From a virus (lineage: Duplodnaviria; Heunggongvirae; Uroviricota; Caudoviricetes), in the IMG/VR virus record IMGVR_UViG_2778261184_000007, positions 1 to 34,194 of that record: a stretch of 34,194 nt of DNA. One strand, given 5' to 3'. The translations under genes and the position numbers were made by a program. Shown in pieces: positions 1-8,919 of the stretch (positions within the stretch are counted from its first letter, which is position 1; each line of letters begins with the position of its first letter). The notes below the pieces were generated by a model. It had not been told where the DNA came from. It did not search any database and saw nothing but the letters and a program-made list of their open reading frames with translations.

Positions 1-50
1 TCTTCAGATATGTTATGAACGCACAGAAAGAGCATTAAGTTACATTGATG

Positions 51-1427
51 TTACCCAACAGAGGTTGACTCAAACATAGAAAAAATTAACCCTTTACCTT
101 CGCCAAACTCAGTCTCAATTTCATCAGAAACGGCAGATAAAATGCTACGCAGATCGACATCTCCGCCGCCGAACATATCGCCTAACGCTTGTTGTTGGTG
201 AATAAGTTCATCGTTAATTTTTTGCGCCAGTTTCTTGAAAGCGGCCCCCATTCGCTTAGCGCTTCGGTTGTTGGCAACAATAAACAGAGCAAGCGCTTCT
301 GCTTCCGGAGTGCTATCTCCAAACAATCCACGCTGTGCGATCACCTCTTCTACTGCCTGACCGTTATCTTTTGCTTCACGAACAAGGTTAATTGCTTCCT
401 GGAGTGCTGCTATCGCCTGTGTATCCAGGCCATTAACCTGCTCTATACCGTCCACTAAGCCTGTTACTGCGTCATGGTGAGCGTCGCCAGACAGCGACTG
501 CATTTGCGCAAAATCGCTGGCTGCCGTATTTAATGCGGTCAGGATATTACGCATTTCCGGATCTGGCTCTTCCGACACTAGCCGAACAAGCCTTTCATCC
601 TTGTACGCTTTGGCAAAAATTGCATTCTGGATGCGATCGATAAGCTGTTTCGTGGGACGCCCATCGGCAGTAAGCAAGCCTGCCGTCGCTGTATCGCCAA
701 TTTCGCGCAAAAACGCACGAATAAACGCATCATTGGACCGCGCCAGCAGATTTCCATCATCTGAAGGATTAAATAGCGCCATGACGCTCTCAGTGAGAAA
801 TTGCGCATCCGCATACGCTTTTTCACTTGCTGCCATCTCTTGCAGATCGCTAATGTTTGAATCGCGGGCAAATTGAGCGCGGTCTACATCTGTGAGTCTT
901 TCTCGCACTAGTACGGGCATAGACATTTGCGAAATTTCGTCAGGATTCAGACCAAACTCTTTCGCATGGTCGATCAGGTACTGGCGATACTCATCCGCCT
1001 GTCCTTGCTCATAGGCACGCCAGATACCCATACTCCTTCCGTTGCCGGATTCAACAACGTTGTCCGGACCAACTATCGGCGCTCCGTGGCTGCTCATACC
1101 GGAATCCGTTAATTGTGCCGGGCGTAAATTGGAGGCAATACGGTTAACCTGGAGTTTGCTGGATAGCCGGGTACGATCTCGTGGTTGGAGTTCTTCCGGG
1201 AAGGCCGGGTTAATCATACCGTCAAGGTTGTTCGAAATGATCAGACTGCTGGCATCAACGACCTTAAAAGCCGTCTTTACCTCTGCACCTTTGCTGGTGA
1301 CTACGTAGCTACTTCGCCCCAGGCGTGTTTCTTTCCTCTCTAATGAAGAAACCAGAGCAATGACGCTGTTAATATCTGCGGCCTCGGAAAGCGCAGAAGT
1401 AACTGATTTGTTCAAAATACACTCCAA
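51..1427 (-). CDS. 458-aa protein, distal gene of the dar-type (capsid-associated antirestriction) gene string; function not assignable
   Basis: Complete ORF with stop at 51-53; same strand and immediately downstream of the darA-like/ddrA-like genes; no recognisable catalytic motif. Preceded by a hairpin at 1485-1507. Confidence 0.5.
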   Translation of the reverse strand: MECILNKSVTSALSEAADINSVIALVSSLERKETRLGRSSYVVTSKGAEVKTAFKVVDASSLIISNNLDGMINPAFPEELQPRDRTRLSSKLQVNRIASNLRPAQLTDSGMSSHGAPIVGPDNVVESGNGRSMGIWRAYEQGQADEYRQYLIDHAKEFGLNPDEISQMSMPVLVRERLTDVDRAQFARDSNISDLQEMAASEKAYADAQFLTESVMALFNPSDDGNLLARSNDAFIRAFLREIGDTATAGLLTADGRPTKQLIDRIQNAIFAKAYKDERLVRLVSEEPDPEMRNILTALNTAASDFAQMQSLSGDAHHDAVTGLVDGIEQVNGLDTQAIAALQEAINLVREAKDNGQAVEEVIAQRGLFGDSTPEAEALALFIVANNRSAKRMGAAFKKLAQKINDELIHQQQALGDMFGGGDVDLRSILSAVSDEIETEFGEGKGLIFSMFESTSVG

Positions 1428-1484
1428 CTATAGAGAAAGCTGTGAGTGTAAAAAGAGTGTGATTTATGTGAGAACAGAGAAGTG

Positions 1485-1507
1485 AAAGGGGCATTTCGCC
1501 CCCTTTT
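1485..1507 (-). terminator. GC-rich hairpin (GGGGC-loop-GCCCC) between the ddrA-like stop and the next gene; candidate attenuator or bidirectional terminator
   Basis: Inverted repeat AAAGGGGC/GCCCCCTTT with 5-nt loop; T-run on the + strand side, U/C-rich on the - strand side. Confidence 0.35.
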
Positions 1508-1509
1508 GA

Positions 1510-1878
1510 TTACCCGGCATAACCGTTGGCTTTCACCCAGCTTATGGTCTGTTCTTTAGCCTGCTCCAACGTAAGGAACTCGCCAACATAGTTTGAGATC
1601 CCACGCAGCGCATCAATAAATTCCATTTGTGTGGACTTTGTGAACACACCGCCCAGGAAGTCAGTCACTATCTTAGGGACTTCATCTACAACAGGATCAG
1701 TCTGTTGTTGCGGTTCCGCTGCCGGTTGCGCGGCAGTCCCCAGGCCCAATTTCAGCATCACATCAACAATCTGCTTACCAATGGTGACGCGTTGCAATAC
1801 TGGCGCAGTTTTCTGCGCCTGCATTAGATCTGATAGCTCTTTACCTAATTTCAGGCGGTCTAAAACAGAGATGGTCAT
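1510..1878 (-). CDS. 122-aa small protein following darA-like gene (DdrA-position)
   Basis: ATG start overlaps the upstream gene stop by 1 nt (TAATG), implying translational coupling within the operon. Confidence 0.5.
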   Translation of the reverse strand: MTISVLDRLKLGKELSDLMQAQKTAPVLQRVTIGKQIVDVMLKLGLGTAAQPAAEPQQQTDPVVDEVPKIVTDFLGGVFTKSTQMEFIDALRGISNYVGEFLTLEQAKEQTISWVKANGYAG

Positions 1879-3803
1879 TAAGCACCTCCCTGCTGAATTT
1901 CAGCCAGAATGTTGATCAGGTAGTCAACTGCTGCACCCACAGTGGCTTCGTTCTCGTCGTATCGACCTGCACTGATTAGAGCATTTGCTGCTTCCTGTAC
2001 ATGATCAAGTTCAGTACTGATGACCGTCAGATCGCGGGATGTAAACTGCTCCGGAACGGATTTCAGGTACTCCAGCGCTTTATCTGCCTCCTGATCAGCT
2101 TCACTTGCTGATTCACCAGCTTCTTCTGGCTCCGGCTCCTGTTCTGTTGCTGGTTGTGGTTGTGATTCCGGCTCAACCACATGCTCTGTTTTTACTTCGA
2201 TTGAATGATTTTGAAGGGCGTTATACACGTCCATAATGAAAAGGTTCTCCCCATCACCAAGTGGATACGCCACGTTTGGAAACGCTTTGCGGAAAAGAAT
2301 TTTCACTTGCGCCTTGAATGTTTTCAGGTCACTGCCAAACAGGTCTACATAGCCATCAATATGTTTCGACATGCTGGACACAACCAATTGGCCTGCAAAA
2401 TCTTTCAGCTCATCTTCATCAGGAAGATAGAGCAACTCGTACTGGCTGACTTCTTCATCTGTCAGTTTACGGTCATACGTAATGATACCGTGACGAGCAT
2501 ATTCGTAATACTGATCAGCCTGGTCAGGACGATCAATCACGGCTTTATTTCCATCCGGCACAGCACCAACACCAGCCGGGCGAGATTGAAGTGCATAGTG
2601 GTATTTACCTACATCCTGGCTCTCTTGTTGTGATACTGGGTTCGTCTCGGGGTCTGTCTGTGGTGGTTCGGAGTCTTCCTGCTGGCCTGGTAACACATCA
2701 ACTTTATATTTATCTGCGTTATGCTCTCGGTAGGCTTTAAGTAATTTGGTTGCAGCATCTGCCAAACTGCCTCCTTTGACAGCACTGGCATCAATACTGA
2801 ATTTACCTTCAGGTGCTACTATCGTAACGAAATTGTCACTGCCGGACGTGACATAATTAACTTCAGCGCCATTATCCAGCACTGTTTTTCCGTCAATGGC
2901 AAGATTATGTTTTACATGTCGCAGCTGGTCACTAAACGCTCGCTCTTTCGTTTTTTCACCTTTAGCAGACAACAATTTATCGCGTTTTGCTTGTAATTCC
3001 TCGTTGATGGCTTTCTGGGCATCAAGTTTTTTTTGCATCTCCGTAAGAGCAGCACGCTTTTCAGTCAGCCCACGTTGCGCAACGTCCACCTGATCAATCA
3101 TTATTGACCGTTCTTCTGCCAGTTTATCTGCTTCATTGAGATAACTCTCAATATCTGCCTTCATTTTGTCCTGGCGCTCTTTTGCTTTCTTAAATTTTTC
3201 GCTGTTACGCTCAATCAAATTAGATAGCGCCTGGCATACCTGGCTTAAAGAAACATCTCTCCCACCAATCGGGGCGACAACGTGAGTTACGTTACGCTTA
3301 TTAAGTAAAAACTGAAATGCAACAAGCTCGTCGTTACTCTTTATTTTTGCCCCGTCAGCTGTTGGAGAGTGGAAAATTATGCTTGTACTCTGCCCGTCAG
3401 TAAGCGGTATCTGCGCGGTCAAAACAGGGATATTAGCTATCCGACGTACACGACCGATAATCGCACCACCAATACAATTACGTCCATTTTCATCGGTCCC
3501 AGCTTCATCAGTCCCTGCCATAATATTCGTACCATTCAGGCCACGATTCAGCGCACGGACGAAAGCTCGCATTGTTTGAGCTAACCGAATTCTGGTTGTA
3601 GTTATGGACTCAAACATAGCTTCGTCAGACACAACCAGAATTTCATTGCCCATATAGGCAAGCTCAATATCTTCTAAGGTCGCCGCCTCAAAAATCAGGT
3701 CATCTTCGTTTAATTCTTCTGAAGACCAGCGACTTGGCATATAGCCGGGGATCGTATCAGCAAAAGTAGACTGAATATTAATTCGTAAAGGATTGTTAAT
3801 CAT
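1878..3803 (-). CDS. darA: DarA-like capsid-internal antirestriction protein (about 641 aa from the ATG with best SD spacing)
   Basis: Large coiled-coil-rich protein in the position expected for darA in P1-family order (lydA-lydB-hdf-darA leftward from cin). Start chosen at the ATG 6 nt after GGAGG; the ORF track extends to 3842 on an alternative start. Assignment by synteny and size, not by alignment. Confidence 0.55.
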   Translation of the reverse strand: MINNPLRINIQSTFADTIPGYMPSRWSSEELNEDDLIFEAATLEDIELAYMGNEILVVSDEAMFESITTTRIRLAQTMRAFVRALNRGLNGTNIMAGTDEAGTDENGRNCIGGAIIGRVRRIANIPVLTAQIPLTDGQSTSIIFHSPTADGAKIKSNDELVAFQFLLNKRNVTHVVAPIGGRDVSLSQVCQALSNLIERNSEKFKKAKERQDKMKADIESYLNEADKLAEERSIMIDQVDVAQRGLTEKRAALTEMQKKLDAQKAINEELQAKRDKLLSAKGEKTKERAFSDQLRHVKHNLAIDGKTVLDNGAEVNYVTSGSDNFVTIVAPEGKFSIDASAVKGGSLADAATKLLKAYREHNADKYKVDVLPGQQEDSEPPQTDPETNPVSQQESQDVGKYHYALQSRPAGVGAVPDGNKAVIDRPDQADQYYEYARHGIITYDRKLTDEEVSQYELLYLPDEDELKDFAGQLVVSSMSKHIDGYVDLFGSDLKTFKAQVKILFRKAFPNVAYPLGDGENLFIMDVYNALQNHSIEVKTEHVVEPESQPQPATEQEPEPEEAGESASEADQEADKALEYLKSVPEQFTSRDLTVISTELDHVQEAANALISAGRYDENEATVGAAVDYLINILAEIQQGGA

Positions 3804-4416
3804 GCTCATCCTCCAGGCGCGCGATTTCTTCTTTAAGAGCACGTGTCTTAGCTACTTCCTGAGACAAGGCAGCTTTAACGTTACCCGTATCTTGCATTAC
3901 TTTGTCTGACTTGCTCTGGAGTTTAGACAGTTTGTCGTTAGCATTAGCGATATCTTCACGGAGTGCATCACGTGATTCTTTCGCTTCAGCTAATTTCTGA
4001 GCGTTAGATTTAACTCCCTGCCGCTTCTTATTTCCGTCATCAATATTTTTTGCTGCACGAGCAAGTTTTCGAGCTAATGACTTCTGGAAAGAAGTTGCTC
4101 CGCGATTAAATAAAGCCGCAAGAGATTGCCCCAAAGCCGACATTGTTTTTACTGGCTTGAACGGTACTGTTTTACCATTCAGTTTGATCCCAGATATATC
4201 ACCGGTATCGTTAACCTGAACTTCCATTGTCTGTTCATCAATACCAATAAGGGTAAACGTGCGCGTCATGATCCCATCTTTCTTCCTGCCATTACTGGCA
4301 GGGATCACCCTCGCTATCTTGTAACCACCTTTGCTGATTTCTTTGACGAGTTTTGCCAGCCCCTTTTCGTTTAACTCATCATAATTAAGAAGAACATAAT
4401 TATTCTTATTTGACAT
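3796..4416 (-). CDS. Hdf-position protein (about 206 aa) with C-terminal coiled coil, in dar-type operon
   Basis: ATG at 4416-4414 preceded by AAGGAG; the ORF track begins earlier on a GTG. Lies between the lydB-like and darA-like genes. Confidence 0.5.
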   Translation of the reverse strand: MSNKNNYVLLNYDELNEKGLAKLVKEISKGGYKIARVIPASNGRKKDGIMTRTFTLIGIDEQTMEVQVNDTGDISGIKLNGKTVPFKPVKTMSALGQSLAALFNRGATSFQKSLARKLARAAKNIDDGNKKRQGVKSNAQKLAEAKESRDALREDIANANDKLSKLQSKSDKVMQDTGNVKAALSQEVAKTRALKEEIARLEDEHD

Positions 4417-4852
4417 CCCAGTCTCCTTCACGCTTTCCGATCGTAAACTGGCGCTCTATGCAGTCATTGATAGGGAAAATGCGATAAAGCGGATTCAGTC
4501 GGCAGTTACCGTTAGTCAATGTGACTTTCAGATCCCACTTCGTTGGCTCAAGATATTTCGTATCGATGAGCAAATACTCTTCTCTCTCACCGCGTTTTGA
4601 GGCGTCAACTGGTCGCGTTTTCCCTGAAATAACCACAGATGGATTTTTCAGGTCTTGCAACCAATATTCGATTTGAGCATTGCTGACCCAGCTTCGCTTA
4701 ACACGTAGCGAAACAGGAAATGCTATAGCGGATTCTTTCACTACAGCGTCACCAATACTCAAAATCTCAACACTCTTGCGACGAAAAATGAAACGGTCAA
4801 TGATGGCAACAAATGCCATGATAAAAATGAAATAATTTCCAAAGTTACCCAT
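4406..4852 (-). CDS. lydB: LydB-like antiholin (148 aa)
   Basis: Follows and overlaps a 3-TM holin-like gene. Size and position match the P1 lydA-lydB pair next to cin as recalled. Confidence 0.5.
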   Translation of the reverse strand: MGNFGNYFIFIMAFVAIIDRFIFRRKSVEILSIGDAVVKESAIAFPVSLRVKRSWVSNAQIEYWLQDLKNPSVVISGKTRPVDASKRGEREEYLLIDTKYLEPTKWDLKVTLTNGNCRLNPLYRIFPINDCIERQFTIGKREGDWDVK

Positions 4853-5178
4853 TATTTCTCTCCACCTTTTCCCCCATTCGCTATTACGCTTAAGAGATTC
4901 AAGACGTTACTAGCTCTGGACTTCAAGCCCTGTAAAATTTCACTACCGTTGTTACTGGCAATCAGAACAACGCAGAAAATGATACCTTCAGGCCATTCTT
5001 GGCTAACCGCCACCCCATACCCCGCAAGCCCGGCTGTTACCGCAGTAAACAATTCACTCGCAAGATTGAGCAGGGACGCAGAAATGCGCCCATCTCTAAC
5101 TCCGAGAAGGAATACGCCGGTTCCACTTAGTAGGGATGTTATGACTACTACAGCCAGATTTTCATAATCTGCAAACAT
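4852..5178 (-). CDS. lydA: LydA-like holin (108 aa, three predicted transmembrane segments)
   Basis: Hydrophobic stretches LAVVVITSLLSGTGVFLLGV, LFTAVTAGLAGYGVAV and IIFCVVLIASN; charged C-terminus. First gene of the leftward operon. Confidence 0.55.
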   Translation of the reverse strand: MFADYENLAVVVITSLLSGTGVFLLGVRDGRISASLLNLASELFTAVTAGLAGYGVAVSQEWPEGIIFCVVLIASNNGSEILQGLKSRASNVLNLLSVIANGGKGGEK

Positions 5179-5281
5179 ACCCCTCCAGAAATAACATCTA
5201 ATGCGCCACTAACTTAGTCAGTTTGTTATTTCCTTACAGGACATCTTCTAGAATCGTATCCTTAGCATACAAGGGAGACAT

Positions 5282-5700
5282 ATGCTTATTGGATACATTC
5301 GCATATCAACAAATGACCAAAACACCGCTTTGCAACGCCCCCTTGAAAGCGCAGGATGTGAGCCAATTTTTGAGGGCAAAGCGAGTGGCAAAAAGGCTGA
5401 ACGCCAAGGGTTAAAAAAGGTTCTGCGTATGTTTTCCAGTGATGAAGCCTTGGTCGTATAGCAGTTAGAGCGGCTTGAGGGCAATTTAGTTGTGCTGCTG
5501 TAATCGCTGCGTGCCAGATGAATAAACCTTCTGAATCCCACTAATTCTATCGACATCTGTACACCAATGCAGCGCTCACGATGCAATTAAGATCAACATT
5601 ACAGGGATGGTTTTCATTAGTGGTCGGTCCGACACAAGATGCATCGAATTGATGCGCCGCGCGATAAGTGTATCTATCCCCTCGAGATAAACTACATCGA
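5282..5700 (+). pseudogene. Decayed serine DNA invertase (Hin/Gin/Cin/Pin family) remnant
   Basis: ATG at 5282 opens MLIGYIRISTNDQNTALQ...ALVV, then an in-frame TAG where the family has Trp (LVVW-KLDRLGRS here reads LVV*QLERLEGN). Further downstream TNSIDICTPMQR (cf. TDSIDTSTPMGR in the intact invertase) appears in a shifted frame. Below the 60-aa ORF-track cutoff. Confidence 0.7.
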
Positions 5701-5713
5701 CGCGGCATTTGTA

Positions 5714-6286
5714 TTACAACTCAGTTTGAGTTTGGCGCTTCTCTACAGGGTGATAACGATAAATCGTCGATACACCGATATCGTAAATAATTGCCAACTG
5801 TTTCCTGCTGTAGCCATTTTCGATCAACCTCGCTATTTGCTCATGTTGTTCTTTTGTCAACTTCGGGCGACGTCCGCCAATGCGTCCCTGTTCGCGTGCA
5901 GCTGCCAGTCCAGCCAGGGTTCTCTCAACAATTAATTCACGTTCCATTTCTGCTAAAGCCCCCATGACGTGAAAAAAGAAACGCCCCATGGGTGTTGAGG
6001 TGTCAATGCTGTCTGTCAGACTACGAAAATTAACACCTTTTTCCCGCAGCTCCTCAATAAGTGTGATCAGGTGTTTCATACTTCTGCCAAGCCTATCCAG
6101 CTTCCAGACAACCAGCGTATCTCCTTCTGATAACGTTCTGAGCAGCTTTTTCAAGCCTGGTCTGGCTGACTTTGTTCCGCTTATTTTATCTTCAAAAATC
6201 AGTTCACATCCTGCGCAGTTCAGTGCATTTCTTTGTAAATCTGTGTTTTGGTCATTTGTTGACACACGAATGTAGCCAATTTGCAT
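5714..6286 (-). CDS. cin: Cin/Min-type serine DNA invertase (190 aa from ATG)
   Basis: MQIGYIRVSTNDQNTDLQRNAL... with catalytic-serine motif, conserved LVVWKLDRLGRS and FFFHVMGALAEMERELI blocks, and C-terminal HTH; SD AAAGAGG upstream of ATG at 6286. The ORF track adds three codons from a TTG. Confidence 0.9.
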   Translation of the reverse strand: MQIGYIRVSTNDQNTDLQRNALNCAGCELIFEDKISGTKSARPGLKKLLRTLSEGDTLVVWKLDRLGRSMKHLITLIEELREKGVNFRSLTDSIDTSTPMGRFFFHVMGALAEMERELIVERTLAGLAAAREQGRIGGRRPKLTKEQHEQIARLIENGYSRKQLAIIYDIGVSTIYRYHPVEKRQTQTEL

Positions 6287-6340
6287 GAAAAACAACCTCT
6301 TTGTTTAGTTAAAAATACATCGTTGGTATAGGTAGGGATT

Positions 6341-6366
6341 AAGACTAAAACGTTGGTTTGGGGGAA
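6341..6366. other. Invertase crossover site 1 (cix/mix-like 26-bp imperfect palindrome), nearest the invertase gene
   Basis: Bottom strand reads TTCCCCCAAACC-AA-CGTTTTAGTCTT; the AAACC..GGTTT core resembles hix/gix/cix half-sites. Confidence 0.7.
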
Positions 6367-6864
6367 GGCTCTGCGCTGCCCGTTGGTGTGCCCGTTCCGT
6401 GGCCCTCAGCCACACCGCCAACGGGATGGCTGAAATGTAACGGAGCAGCATTTTCTGCTGAAGAATACCCAGAACTGGCAAAGGCTTATCCCACCAATAA
6501 ATTACCGGATTTACGCGGTGAGTTTATTCGCGGCTGGGATGACGGACGTGGTGTGGATGCGGGGAGAACAATATTATCCGCTCAAGGTGATGCCATACGT
6601 AATATCTATGGTGAGTTCAGAACTGTAAACACTGAAAATTATTCAATATGGGAATCAGTAGGCTCGTTTAAGGGGGCAGTGGTGCCTTTGAGTCCCTCAA
6701 CGAACAATAGTTATTTCTCCTTAATCAGAAGTATGGTGACAGAAAGAACAGACGGCACTGTTTACCCAAAAGTGATTGGCCTTGATGCTTCAAGAATTGT
6801 TCCAACTGCAAACGAAAACCGCCCACGCAACATTGCGTTTAATTACATCGTAAGAGCCGCATGA
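6358..6864 (+). CDS. Promoterless tail-fibre C-terminal tip cassette 1 (silent in this orientation)
   Basis: Frame opens at the TTG inside the crossover site (no ATG); conserved block GEGSALPVGVPVPWP...GWDDGRGVD, unique centre, conserved end RPRNIAFNYIVRAA. Confidence 0.75.
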   Translation: MGEGSALPVGVPVPWPSATPPTGWLKCNGAAFSAEEYPELAKAYPTNKLPDLRGEFIRGWDDGRGVDAGRTILSAQGDAIRNIYGEFRTVNTENYSIWESVGSFKGAVVPLSPSTNNSYFSLIRSMVTERTDGTVYPKVIGLDASRIVPTANENRPRNIAFNYIVRAA

Positions 6865-6883
6865 AAACGTTGGTTTGGGGGAA
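6858..6883. other. Invertase crossover site 2
   Basis: Same half-site TTCCCCCAAACC-AA-CGTTT on bottom strand, straddling the cassette 1 stop and the cassette 2 TTG. Confidence 0.7.
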
Positions 6884-7342
6884 GGCTCTGCACTGCCCGT
6901 TGGTGTGCCCGTTCCGTGGCCCTTAGAAATACCGCCAACGGGCTGGCTGAAATGTAACGGCGCAGCATTTTCTTCTGAAATGTACCCCAGGCTGGCAAAG
7001 GCTTATCCGACCAATAAATTACCGGATTTACGCGGTGAATTTATCCGTGGCTGGGATGACGGACGGGGCGTTGATAATGGACGCAACCTACTGTCTGCGC
7101 AGTCTGACGCTATTCAGAATATAGTTGGCACTTTTGGGCGTACTCAGCTTTTTAAAGATACGCTGAATTCAGGGCCATTTAGTCAAACTGACTCTATATT
7201 ATCAGTAGGCTTACAACCAACTGAGATCATTGAAGGATATGGTGCTTCTGTATGGACATTCGACGCCTCTCGCTCAGTTCGCACAGCGTCTGAAACACGC
7301 CCCCATAACATTGCGTTTAATTACATCGTAAGGGCGGCATAA
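6875..7342 (+). CDS. Promoterless tail-fibre C-terminal tip cassette 2
   Basis: Same conserved N- and C-terminal blocks with a distinct centre (…NGRNLLSAQSDAIQNIVGTFGRTQLFKDTLNSGPFSQTDSILSVGLQPTEIIEGYGASVWTFDASRSV…). Confidence 0.75.
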   Translation: MGEGSALPVGVPVPWPLEIPPTGWLKCNGAAFSSEMYPRLAKAYPTNKLPDLRGEFIRGWDDGRGVDNGRNLLSAQSDAIQNIVGTFGRTQLFKDTLNSGPFSQTDSILSVGLQPTEIIEGYGASVWTFDASRSVRTASETRPHNIAFNYIVRAA

Positions 7343-7361
7343 AAACGTTGGTTTGGGGGAA
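7336..7361. other. Invertase crossover site 3
   Basis: TTCCCCCAAACC-AA-CGTTTTTATGCC on bottom strand. Confidence 0.7.
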
Positions 7362-7814
7362 GGCTCTGCGCTGCCCGTTGGTGTGCCCGTTCCATGGCCC
7401 TCAGCCACACCGCCAACGGGATGGCTGAAATGTAACGGCGCAGCATTTTCTTCTGAAAAGTACCCAAATCTGGCAAAGGCTTACCCTACTAATAAATTGC
7501 CGGATTTACGCGGTGAATTTATTCGTGGCTGGGATGACGGACGTGGTGTGGATGCCGGGCGACAATTATTATCTTCACAGGGGGATGCAATAAGAAATAT
7601 TGAGGGGTTCGCAGATGGCGGGATTGGCATGTCTTTTGATGCAATCAGAGGGGCTTTTTATGATGCAGGAACACGATCTGCGAGAATGCCGAATAACACA
7701 ACTGATATAGGCAAAACCGATGACCTTGGATTCGACGCCTCTCGTGTCGTGCCAACAGCTAATGAAAACCGTCCTCGTAATATTGCCTTTAATTATATTG
7801 TGAGGGCGGCATAA
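7353..7814 (+). CDS. Promoterless tail-fibre C-terminal tip cassette 3
   Basis: Conserved ends, unique centre. Confidence 0.75.
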   Translation: MGEGSALPVGVPVPWPSATPPTGWLKCNGAAFSSEKYPNLAKAYPTNKLPDLRGEFIRGWDDGRGVDAGRQLLSSQGDAIRNIEGFADGGIGMSFDAIRGAFYDAGTRSARMPNNTTDIGKTDDLGFDASRVVPTANENRPRNIAFNYIVRAA

Positions 7815-7833
7815 AAACGTTGGTTTGGGAGAA
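7808..7833. other. Invertase crossover site 4
   Basis: Same motif with one substitution in the conserved half (GGGAGAAGG instead of GGGGGAAGG). Confidence 0.65.
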
Positions 7834-8301
7834 GGCTCGGCGCTGCCCGTTGGTGTGCCTGTTCCATGGCCCTCAGCCACGCCGCCAACGGGGTGGCTGA
7901 AATGTAACGGTGCAGCATTTTCTTCTGAAATGTACCCCAATCTGGCAAAGGCCTACCCCACCAATAAATTACCGGATTTACGCGGTGAATTTATCCGTGG
8001 CTGGGATGACGGACGAGGCGTTGATGCTGGACGTGCTTTATTGAGCATTCAGACTGGGATGCTGGAAAAACATCGCCATATTGTTGTTGCCAACGATGGG
8101 TATGATTCAAAAGAGGAATGGGAACTGGCGACAATCTTCAGAAGAGCATACACGCAAGGCCGGGGGCTTGATGCTGCTGATGTCGGAGGGACTCTGATTC
8201 CATCACCAACGCTTCATTCACGAGGAAGTATTGGTAACACAGGTGGTAGTGAAACCCGCCCCCGCAATATTGCATTTAACTATATCGTGAGGGCGGCTTA
8301 G
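7825..8301 (+). CDS. Promoterless tail-fibre C-terminal tip cassette 4
   Basis: Conserved ends, unique centre; converges on the chaperone gene with a 6-bp gap. Confidence 0.75.
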   Translation: MGEGSALPVGVPVPWPSATPPTGWLKCNGAAFSSEMYPNLAKAYPTNKLPDLRGEFIRGWDDGRGVDAGRALLSIQTGMLEKHRHIVVANDGYDSKEEWELATIFRRAYTQGRGLDAADVGGTLIPSPTLHSRGSIGNTGGSETRPRNIAFNYIVRAA

Positions 8302-8307
8302 TTATAT

Positions 8308-8919
8308 TCAACTGGCTGATGCCAGTGGTATTTCCGGCAAGTTGATATCTGGTGCCATGTTTATATCCATTGCGTTCAGCGCGTCTATATAATCCAGCAC
8401 GGCATTAAGCCGGGTGGTTTCTGCCTGCGTCAACTTCCGCCCGGCCCGCAACTTCAACTGAATCAGACTTATGGAATCCATTGCCGCATCAGCCAGTGAC
8501 TGGCGCTTGGTTTCTGCCGCTTCTACTGCGGCACGATGTTGTGCCTCAGTATCTGTCACCCATTTTTCACCATCCCATTTATCGTATGGTGTTAACGGGG
8601 CGATAGTGGTTGTATTTTTCGGGTAGTCACCCAGCGCCGTGATTTCTTCGGTGTTTCCCGTGTCAGTGCTATAGACGGTTTCACCACGATGGTCTGGCGC
8701 ATACTCCCATGAATTTAAATCCTCCGAACGGCGAATAGCATAGCCAGATTTATGTGCGCCTGGGGCATCTAAACAGGAATTAGCCGGAATACCAACACCC
8801 ACAGCAAGATATTCAGTTGACTCTGAAATATATTCCCGTGTCTCACCATCATAGTTATAAACGATGATGTTTCCTGCCTGTACGGCAATAAGATCATTAT
8901 TTAATATCGCGTTATTCAT
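8308..8919 (-). CDS. Tail-fibre assembly chaperone (Tfa/U-like, 203 aa)
   Basis: N-terminal region typical of Mu/P1 U and lambda Tfa-type proteins (…YDGETREYISESTEYLAVGVGIPANS…); ATG overlaps the stop of the preceding cassette by 1 nt. Confidence 0.65.
   Translation of the reverse strand: MNNAILNNDLIAVQAGNIIVYNYDGETREYISESTEYLAVGVGIPANSCLDAPGAHKSGYAIRRSEDLNSWEYAPDHRGETVYSTDTGNTEEITALGDYPKNTTTIAPLTPYDKWDGEKWVTDTEAQHRAAVEAAETKRQSLADAAMDSISLIQLKLRAGRKLTQAETTRLNAVLDYIDALNAMDINMAPDINLPEIPLASAS

Noticed and set aside
189-1308. Several + strand ORFs (189-458, 601-876, 927-1112, 1042-1308) and a - strand ORF (578-871) inside or antisense to the 458-aa gene
   Set aside because: All are embedded in a longer, continuous minus-strand ORF and lack independent start signals; treated as frame noise.
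5223-5586. ORF-track entries 5223-5414 (+) and 5248-5586 (-)
   Set aside because: A different + frame over the same DNA gives a clean serine-invertase N-terminus, so the region is better explained as an invertase pseudogene.
7575-7940. 121-aa minus-strand ORF overlapping cassettes 3 and 4
   Set aside because: Antisense to conserved cassette sequence, with no start signal.
6358-8301. Four tandem ORFs all starting with M-G-E-G-S, which could be read as four paralogous small genes
   Set aside because: The apparent Met is a TTG inside the recombination site, with no SD and no ATG; the same sequence occurs in-frame inside the full-length tail-fibre gene, so these are exchangeable 3' cassettes.
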